NCBI GenBank assembly: GCA_003707115.1
Contig: PPNB01000015.1
Location: 62,001-126,000, forward strand
Reading direction: 5' to 3'
From: Tortispora ganteri
Lineage: Eukaryota
Length of the DNA stretch: 64,000 nucleotides
The notes under the pieces are model-generated. The model saw nothing but the letters and a program-made list of their open reading frames with translations. It made no database searches and was not told the DNA's origin. The position numbers were made by a program, and so were the translations under genes. Of this stretch, positions 41,040 through 50,800 are shown piece after piece (position 1 is the stretch's first letter; every line of letters begins with the position of its first letter).

Positions 41040-42137
41040 TTATTGACGAGAATCGGCAAAGTATTTGTCATAACCAGTCATTACAGCGCGATACCTAACC
41101 TTTCCGGATTCGACATGCACCCAGGCTTCGCTAAGGTTCTTCTCGTTTATATCGAAAGTTTCAACCCATGGCTTGATATTATGTTCAGCAGCGAAGTTCA
41201 GCATATATTGAATCTGGTCAGTTGTACCAAGATCAGATCCTTTCAGAGTCAAATTTGGTAATAGCATAGTCATAGCAGCTATTTGAATTTTTTCGTCAGC
41301 TGGTGGTCCTGTAATAATTGCAATCGTACCTCTAGGTCTCAACAAGCCGACAAGGGGATCAAGAGCACTTTCCGATAGCGAAGAAGTGGTGTTAAGAATT
41401 ATATCAAGAGAACCCTTATGCTCATTCAAACTTTCAGGGTCGGCGGAGGCAACAAAATGTGTTGCTCCAAGTTTCATTGCATCTTTTTCCTTGTTTCGAG
41501 AACGAGAAATTGCAGTCACCTCCGCTCCAAGAGCTTTAGCAAATTGAATTGCCATATGGCCAATGCCACCAATACCGACTATACCAATTTTGGTGCCTTT
41601 AGTCACACCGTTATCTAACAAGGGAGCGAATCCAGTGATTCCTCCACATAGCAGAGGCGCGGCATATTTCGTCTCCAAGCTTTCAGGGATGTGGAACACC
41701 ATATGTCCGTCAACACGGATATGAGAGGCGTCACCACCTTGTGTCGGGACACCAGATTCTTTATCAACATCGAAGTATGTTGCTACTTTGTTCAGGCAAT
41801 TATTCTCGAACCCCATGTTGCAGGCAACACAGTCCTGGCAATAGAAGCATCGGGCACCAACTCCCACTCTATCGCCAACTTTGAATTTGCTTGATGCTTT
41901 GGACCCGACCTTCACCACTTTGCCAATGATTTCATGGCCTACAGCCAAAGGAGTGTAAGGACGGCCCCAATTACCACTAGCAGCATGTATATCGGAACCG
42001 CATATAGCGCAGGCGTCTATTTGAACATCAACGTCGTTTTCGCGGAAATCTCTGGGCTTATATGAGAATTTCGAGGCGATTGGCCACTTGTCGTAGTCCA
42101 CAACACCGAGAGCATCAATTGTTTCAGGGTAAGTCAT
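41040..42137 (-). CDS. ADH6: NADP-dependent cinnamyl-type alcohol dehydrogenase, copy B
   Basis: Tandem paralogue of copy A, with CAICGSDIH, GHE, CxxCxxCx7C, GIGGIGH and ISRSR. Confidence 0.88.
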   Translation of the reverse strand: MTYPETIDALGVVDYDKWPIASKFSYKPRDFRENDVDVQIDACAICGSDIHAASGNWGRPYTPLAVGHEIIGKVVKVGSKASSKFKVGDRVGVGARCFYCQDCVACNMGFENNCLNKVATYFDVDKESGVPTQGGDASHIRVDGHMVFHIPESLETKYAAPLLCGGITGFAPLLDNGVTKGTKIGIVGIGGIGHMAIQFAKALGAEVTAISRSRNKEKDAMKLGATHFVASADPESLNEHKGSLDIILNTTSSLSESALDPLVGLLRPRGTIAIITGPPADEKIQIAAMTMLLPNLTLKGSDLGTTDQIQYMLNFAAEHNIKPWVETFDINEKNLSEAWVHVESGKVRYRAVMTGYDKYFADSRQ

Positions 42138-42698
42138 GTTATTTGATGATTATCTATCAGGTTAATACTGGAACTGCGGGCTCTGAATATAATCAGTAAA
42201 AGGATATATCCTTTGGTAATGAAAACGGGTAGTTAAGTGATAGTGAATGCCGTGGGAGGTATTTATACTTCACCTTATAAGCCTCACAAAAGGATCAATG
42301 AACTCTATTGTCGAATTTTGAATTTAAATCCGCTTTAACTAATTTGCCAACCAGATTTTCATTATCATCGAATGGCAATTTTTATTAAAATTTACGTATT
42401 CAATTATGATGGCTTAGGCTAATAATCAGCGTATATGTTCATTCCTTCTTGAAGCCGCGAGAGCCTAAATAAACTTAAAAGGACTTAAGCTTATCTCCGA
42501 AGATTGAAATTTCAAATCGATGATGCAGTAAAATATGAACAGAAAGTACGAATAAGAAACATTGTTGGGTAACAAGGCGGGGAAACTACGTGATCCTTAT
42601 ATGACGTTGAGTCGATAGCTTTTTTAAGCAAATATTTCAGTTAAAATATAATGCAAGCTCTGTAAGTGAACAAAACAGAAATATCATATAATTCTGAT

Positions 42699-44417
42699 TT
42701 AGGCAGTACTAGAAATTTCCTGAGGCAACTTAATTGCTTCATTAACAGTATAGCGTTCAGAGTATTCGAGATGAGGAATTGCACCAAACGCAAGGTGCTT
42801 ATCTGTCCACATCGGAGAAGCCTGTCGTTCGGTAGGCGAAAAAGTTGAGACTCCTTCAAGTCCACCCTGGGCGGCCCAATCAGAAACCTTGCGCAGGTTT
42901 AGTCGTTGCCAAACTGCGACAAGACTTTCAACCATTTTATCAGCTACTTCGCGAGAGTGGCCCGGTGTAGGAGTAAAGCGAAGACGTTCATGTCCAACAG
43001 GAACAGTAGGATAGTTAATGGCTTGCACATAAATCTTGTAATCATCCAATAACATATCGGAAGCTTGTTTTGCTAATTCAGCATCACCAATGAGAACGGG
43101 AACAATGTGAGATGGATTAGGTACGACAGGAATACCAGCATCTGCAAGGCGTGCTTTCACATAACGAGTGATGGTTTGCTGGGCAACACGGTCCTTGCAA
43201 GTCTCACGTTGGTATTCGATGGCAGCACGAGCACCAGCCATGACTGCAGGTGGCAGCGTAGTGGTGAAAATAAATCCAGGGGCATAGGAGCGAATTGTAT
43301 CCACCATTGCTGCGTCACCAGCAATGTAACCACCGACGTTACCGTAGGCTTTACCAAGGGTACCAGTGATAATGTCAATGCGAGATTGAACAGTAGCTTT
43401 TGCTGCGGTTGCTTCAGCTGCCAGCTGGGGGTTGGCGTAAGTTTCGAAATCTAGATGCTCCGCAACACCTGCACCAGAAGGTCCATACATTCCAACAGCA
43501 TGTACTTCATCTAAGAAAGTGATAGCACCATATTTGTCTGCAAGGTCACAGATAGCTTTGATAGGAGCAATAGAGCCACACATAGAGTAAACAGATTCAA
43601 AGGCAATTATCTTAGGAGTGCTGAGAGGAACTTGTTGCAGTTTAGACTCCAAGTCTACAAGATCGTTATGACGAAACACGACCTTTCTGGCGCGTGAATG
43701 GCGAATACCTTGAATAATAGATGCATGGTTAGATTGGTCAGAGAAAATAACACAACCGGGCATCTTAGAAGCCAGCGTAGTTAAAGTAGCATCATTGGCG
43801 ACAAAACAGGAGGAAAATACTAATGCAGCTTCCTTATGATGTAAGCGTGCGATTTCATCTTCCAGTGCAACGGCGTGACGGTTGTGGCCTGCAATATTTC
43901 GCGTACCACCAGCACCAGCGCCATACATATTCACGGTTTCATGGATAGTACTGAGTACTTTTGGATTGGTGCTCATACCGAGGTAATCATTTGCGCACCA
44001 AACAGTGACTTTATTGTCAATCTCTTTTAGGTGAGCACGGGGAAACTCTGCCCGAAGTCGATTAACATTGTTAAAGTAACGATATGACTTGTCGTTCTTC
44101 TTTTTCTCAATCTCAGTCTTATAGAACTGAGAATAGTTGAAAGGCTTGTTATCCTCAGAGGTAGCTCGAGGTGTCTCGGGAGCTTTAACCTTCATAGGAA
44201 ATTCATTTAAAGAAGGGTGAGCATGAATTTTGGCATTTGAATGAATGCCAGCGGAACGTTGAGCAAGGACTTTTGCCATGACAGGACATGAACCAGCAGC
44301 TTCCAATAATCCGGAAGATTTACCAGTAGACGAAGTTGATAGTGCTCTCAAGGCAGTAGGGGAGGCTTGCTTAAGAAAGGGGCAAATCTTTCTGGCTTTC
44401 CTAATAGTAGATTCCAT
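42699..44417 (-). CDS. HEM1: Mitochondrial 5-aminolevulinate synthase
   Basis: Heme-regulatory CP motifs (ICPFL, SCPVM), [27 protein letters not shown] and PLP lysine motif TLGKAYG. First ATG is at 44417; the track start at 44480 is a TTG. Confidence 0.96.
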   Translation of the reverse strand: MESTIRKARKICPFLKQASPTALRALSTSSTGKSSGLLEAAGSCPVMAKVLAQRSAGIHSNAKIHAHPSLNEFPMKVKAPETPRATSEDNKPFNYSQFYKTEIEKKKNDKSYRYFNNVNRLRAEFPRAHLKEIDNKVTVWCANDYLGMSTNPKVLSTIHETVNMYGAGAGGTRNIAGHNRHAVALEDEIARLHHKEAALVFSSCFVANDATLTTLASKMPGCVIFSDQSNHASIIQGIRHSRARKVVFRHNDLVDLESKLQQVPLSTPKIIAFESVYSMCGSIAPIKAICDLADKYGAITFLDEVHAVGMYGPSGAGVAEHLDFETYANPQLAAEATAAKATVQSRIDIITGTLGKAYGNVGGYIAGDAAMVDTIRSYAPGFIFTTTLPPAVMAGARAAIEYQRETCKDRVAQQTITRYVKARLADAGIPVVPNPSHIVPVLIGDAELAKQASDMLLDDYKIYVQAINYPTVPVGHERLRFTPTPGHSREVADKMVESLVAVWQRLNLRKVSDWAAQGGLEGVSTFSPTERQASPMWTDKHLAFGAIPHLEYSERYTVNEAIKLPQEISSTA

Positions 44418-44852
44418 TACAAAAAGAAAATAATACGTTCTGGTGGAGGATAAGTTGGTAAGGTCGAAAGAAAGTCCCAAACAAGTAATGCTTTTTTCAC
44501 TAAATCGGGCAGTTCGGTGAGTCTTATTTAAAAGCGATATTATAGGTTAATCCAGAGCCGTAAAGTGCGACACCAATACAAATAACCAGAGTAATGATTA
44601 AATGATTATTTATATTTGAGGAGCTATAAATGCATATATTGTTCTGCCATATACAAAACTGCTGTCTCGAAGAGCCATGTGACATTCCCTTGTCGGAAAG
44701 ACAAGAAAACAATGCATTATCTGTGATTGGTTGCCTTCTGAACGGCTTAAGTAAACTTTAATTGGCGAAACAGCTATAACCATCGAGTGACCTTTATAGA
44801 TGTAGTGACAGTATTACGCAATAATATGATCTAGATGCAATGATAGTAGTAT

Positions 44853-47800
44853 TTAGTAGAATGGTAACCAACCAGCAAACATCATTGACAAGTTATATTC
44901 ATCAGTAGCTTCTGTGATTAACTTGCTAACGATAGTTTCTATTTTCAGATCGTTATATAATTTCTTCTTCACTGTAAGAAGCGCATTGTTAGCAGATGCG
45001 ACCCCACTAAGAGCCTTGATTCTGTTCTCAGCATCAATTTTGTTCATATCCTGCTGAACATTATGCATTCGTAAAGAACTGATAGACCAAGAATACAATG
45101 GATCATATTGCAAGGCCTTCAAGATCGATAGAATATTCTCTCGATTACTTCGAAGAAGTTTGAAAGATCTTTCAGCAGAAAGCCTGAAAGGACCCTCTAT
45201 GCCTGTAATACCCATTCCATCTATTATATTTCTTGTCAATCTAAATGGTACCACCTCAGGAATTGGTAAATACTTGCCATAATCAAACGCAATTCCGAAA
45301 TCAATAGGTACAGGGCTCCCTGACATTTTATCGATTAGAATATTGTTGCAATGACGATCTCCAATACCAAGAACATATCCGACCATGCACATAGTAGCTG
45401 TTCCTCGACTATAAGATATACGCCGCTGAAACCATTCCTCTGGATTCTTTACGTCTTCCATAAAGAAATACCTCATAACGGGATCTATTTCTTTTTGGAT
45501 CTCGCAAAACACTGCCTTTTTTGTATCTCTGTCCTTATGCATAGCAGCTTTGAGTTTAGCTATTCCTTTTGATCTAGAGAATTTCATACTACCATGCTTT
45601 TTCCTCAAATTTTCTATTAGATCCAACAAGCTCACAGTATTGTCCACGAATTCAATAATACCAGCAGTTTGACCTAATGGTACAACCTCGTATGTCAGAA
45701 TCGGGTTGGTCGCATTTTTATTATTGTTTTCTCTTTTAATACACCTGTTAACATATCCAAACACCTGCTGCATTATAGCATCTTGACGAAGATCATCATG
45801 CCCTCTTTTGAGCACCATTTTGTATTGTCGACCGTCGCTTAATAGACAAGTTAGAATCTTTGGACTGCTCAACCCAGAAGCGGAAACAACCTTGTCAAAG
45901 AATTTCACAATGAAAGGCAGATCTTTTCTCGCTCGATTACTGCCACAAATAGTAGGGGGTACTATTTTGTAATTGCAGATATCTTTAAGCCACCAATGGG
46001 ATCTGTTAACGCCATTAAATGAACCAGAGAATTTGCTGATATTTTTCTCTTTACTTAACCAGGATAGATGAGTCGCAAACTGCTCGACTTCGTTAAAGAC
46101 ATCAATGTTCAAGGAGTAATGCTCTTTTAGATATCTCCACAAGGCACTACCGCCTCTCTGTCGCATAATCGTAACTGAAGGACTTGATTCTTGGTTTCGG
46201 GGAAGCAGTCTGAGAGAAATCAGCTTATATAGTACTTCACGCAGATATGACTTTGCAATTTCATATATTGCGATGCGTATTGATTTTTGAAATAAAGAGC
46301 TTTCATCTTCCAGCAAATTTGAAGTAATCTGATTTGCAACTTCAACAATTATCGAGCTAGGAATCCTCACTATAAGATCTGAAACTATTGTGTTGACACG
46401 GTCATTCGATGCATTAGCCAACCATAATTCAACTATAATATATATCGTATCTGCGTACACTTCGGAATTTTCCATACACAGCAAATAGTGTTCTAGAGAG
46501 AGCAGAAGAAACCTTTGTTTATCATTTAGAAAGTTGCTCAGTTCGGCCTTCTGATCTTCTAAGAACTGTTTTAGCCGTATACTGTTTGACCGAGCAAGTT
46601 TGATTTGTTCAGCATCCTGATTCCCTTTCTGAATTAAACCATTGCCTTCAATCTCTTCCTCGCACAGCGCCATAGATTGAGATATAATCTTTTCAGGATC
46701 ATCTTCATTCAACTCACTATATCTGTTGTAGCAAAAGGTAGCAAACGCATGTGAAGCTCTTGCCTTTACTGTCTCATTGGATGAAGCGCGTAATAGGCGT
46801 ATACTAGGTTCATAATAGTCCATAAGTATGGTGTTCGCCGTCTCAGTTTTGGTTTCTGACATCCAGGTACTCAGCACTACGCCCAAATGGGCTTTGTGTT
46901 CGGAAGTAAAAGAGTTACACTCCTTGTACGCATCAGACAAAATCTTAAGAGCTGCAGAGTCCTTCCCAAATGCATACTGGCACTTTGCAAATTCAAGGAG
47001 ACACCAAGTTGAGTCTGTGCTTTCTTCTTGAGACTTCATCTTCAACCAAAGTGCCAGATCGTACGATTCTTTCACAAATCCATTAGATCTGTACATATCG
47101 CCCAAAGATTGTGCCGTAGTAGCAAATCCTGGGTTCAATAAACCAGGTTCTTGCAATATGTTCATTTTTGTAGCATAAATGTGTCTGAGCACCATCCAAT
47201 TTTCCATCCTGTCACTTCCCCTGCCATACTGTTGATCTAACTCTTCCGGAGAATAGTTTAGTTCTTTAAGATGATTTCGGTGCATTCGCATTAAATCTTC
47301 AGCAAGCAAAATCAAAGAAGTACATTCATAATATCCAATTCTTCTGTTTAAGCACAATTGCAATGCTGAAGCAGTAAGTTCATCGGCTAAAACATGCCAT
47401 TGTGCGTACATTGTATCAGCATCTTCTTCCCGGTAGAACACCAAGCGTTTAGACACCGAATATAATGTCTCCTCGTCGTCCAAATAAACAGATTTCGTTG
47501 GTAGAGACCAGTTCATCAGTGTATATGCTTTTTTATATTCTCTTTTATTCGGCATCTCCCTTAAAGTTTTGAAGTCAAGTGTTATTCTCTCAGAATAGCC
47601 TTCAACAGCTTGATTCATGTTATCTCTAAGCAAATGCTTCAAAGAATCAATCTGGTGAAATCCAATATAAGAATAAGAAGGTGGGAAGCTTTTTGGATCA
47701 GACTGAACATCATTTTCGCTCAAATTCTGTAAGGAAACAAAATCTGGAGTCGCAAATGTCCTGTAATCTGAATCTTCAGAAACAGCTAGGACCTTATTTA

Positions 47801-50800
47801 AGTAATATTTCAACTTCTTCTCACCATCATCCAGTAATTCCAAAGTGAAAAGTAAAGAGTTATTTCCACACAGTTCTGACAAACTGTGAATGTCTTTTTC
47901 CGAGCGCAGTGCATTCAGGATCTGCGCGGAGAAACTCCGAGCAAGTGCGGCATCTTCAAGTGCAATACCAATCCATACTTTTAACAATTTACACAACAGT
48001 ATACGGCGTTCTTTGATTGACCTATTAGAAACCAGTGGTTGAGCAATAGCCAGTTCAAAGAGTGGAATTTTCATTCTAAAAGCCGTGTGGTAAATGAAGG
48101 ATTCAAAAATCAGTACAATCGCAATAGGTAAATCTATAAATCTTTTAAACAGCGGTCTGGTGTTTTCATTATCCAAATTTCCTGTAAAAGTGATGATATA
48201 CCTTATCACAGAGTATAAAAACTCCGTACCCTCAGAAGTTGAGATGTCATATAATAGACCATGATCTTTGCACCATTTATAATAGTCAGTATCTTCATAT
48301 TGTGAAGATATTAAAGTAAATCGAAATTTTTCGTTAAACAGAGCATCCACTTCATACGCTTGCAGCAGCAATCGGAGTTGCATATCGGAAGAGTCTTTGG
48401 CCCTTTGAAGAGCTACAATTGGATCCACAGGCTGTAAAACAACTTCTCCAGAAGAATAAGCAAGTCTTTTCGATATATTAATAACTTTAGGCAAATCAGA
48501 TGAAACAGCCGATATAAGCTTCCTGACCCAATTAAGACATTCTTTTCTTTCATTGAGTTGGGTTATGAGTACGTAGTGTGCAATTCTTAACAAAGAAGTA
48601 AACCCATGCTCATTCTCATTCGTCCAGATACTGTAGTCGGCTTCTTTAATATATCGACCAATAAACTGCAAAATTAGCGATATATCTTGTTTTTGCATAG
48701 AGGGGTCTAAGCATTCTAAAAAGCTTGCCAGCAGCTCGCCACCATTCCATCCTGTGGGTTTGTTATTATGGATTGTACCGGAGATAGCTTTTAACGTCTT
48801 TAATGCTATAGCGTTTTCATGGCTATTTGAATTTTCAATTTTTATTGCAAAAAGCCAGCTGCAGAATTGTTTGAGTTCGCCGGTAAGAGTACGATTGGTC
48901 TCGGAATGTTCACATATGTCCATTATTTGGTAAACAAGTCTTGTAATATTAAGAAGCGTGCCAAAGCTTGGAGCAGATACAGCAAAAAAGTGTTCTAATA
49001 GCAGTTTCACGTAATTAATCTTCTGGCTCATAATGTCGGTTGACAAATTCAAAAGAAAAACCAATAATGAACTAACAGAATCATCGTCCAAGACTATGCT
49101 ATTGATGGTAATACTGGTAAAAAGAACACAACCACGTAACGCCAATAACGCGGAAGTAGCGTTACAATTTGCCAAAGGATATACACTAAGAAGCATACGC
49201 ATCCACAATATTATATTTCGTGCGTTTGCCAGCTTATGTATCGATGTACTTTTCTTATCCAATGCAGCGTAGACCAATAGATAAATATTAGAAATATCAA
49301 TAGTAGAACGCATTGGAACCTGCTTCAAATCAAAATGCCAATCTGTTTTGTTAGAAAAAAAAGAGTACCATGGATCAAATAAGTTTGATCCTCCAAAACA
49401 TCGGCCGTACTTGAGTTTGAGTTCATCACATAGATGAACCTCATTTAATGGAGACATGCGAGTTAGTGCATAGCCAATCAAAAATGGCATACGTTGTTGA
49501 ATAAATGAATCAGTGTTGCGGATGCTAATAAATTTCAGCGGTGCGATTAACAAAACAGCCGGAGTTGACTTAAGCCGTTCATGCCTTAGCATATTAACTA
49601 CCATTGCCTCGTAGTGACTCTCAAGAAATATATCGGCATTTTGGTCGCCATTATTCACAATTCGTTGAAATTCATGATTCAGGCCTTCCTGGCTGCAAGT
49701 TTTCGGTTTAAATTCATTAGAATCAATTAAATGTTCTTCAATGAGTAGCGGCGGGATATTTGAACGTTGAGCGACAGTACGAAGATCAGATTTTTGCGGT
49801 AATAGAATGGTGAGAAACTGTGATATCCAGTATGACTCCTTTTCCACAGTAATATTCGGAGAGGTATCCGTGGAATATTTTAGGAATGCAAGAGCACGCA
49901 AAATGCATCTTTTTATATTCGGTTGTTTAATGGGTATAGCGTAGCATAAACTAACCAGTGCAGCCCTACTCATTGGCTGCAAGTATGAGAAGTTTTTAAA
50001 CCAAATCAAATAGCTTGGAATAAATTCTGCTGAATCATTCAATGAGGATATTAAGTTCAAGTCGGTAAGACATAATGCCAAATTTTGAGATGTGTTTGAA
50101 TCATATTTAGTGGTAGCAAGTTCATTAAAAGGTATCAGATAAGCAACTTTTCGATCTTTGAAAGAAAATTTTAGAGCATTATTAGGCAAACCAAGAATAT
50201 CTTGAGCTGAAAACCGTACATAAAGATGAATCAATCGGCTTAGTGCCATATCTGATAGCATACTGGTAGAGACAATCCCGTCATACCAACCTAAAATTTC
50301 CTTTATGGCGTCTATAGTGTCGACACCTAGCAAACTGTAAGAGTTTAGCAAAATCTCCGTAAGCATAATGCCAGATTGAATGACAATATCGTCTCCGTTG
50401 CGTATATCACCCAGATTAGATTCAATGAAACTATGGAATATACTGTGAACATTGGTTTCCTTGGATGATATTCGAAAAGAGAATTCATGTGCAATAACGA
50501 CAATTGCAATTTCTTGGTAGATGCTTTTCGTCCGACCGAGTAAATTCTGCAAACCAAATAAGCAATTCAGTTTTAAGCTTTCAAGCAGCAGAAATGCATA
50601 GTAAGCTCTATAGACAAATTTCATTATACTGAAATCAAATGAGAAAACGTTATCAATTTTATGATCAGCGGGTACAACAAGACCAGAATTATCGGCAATT
50701 TCTAACCTACGCCGCTTCACACCATTTGATTCACGTTCTTCAGAGCCATTTCGTGCAGCCAAATTAGCAAAAACCACAAGGGTGGAGTTTTTGTCTCCAT

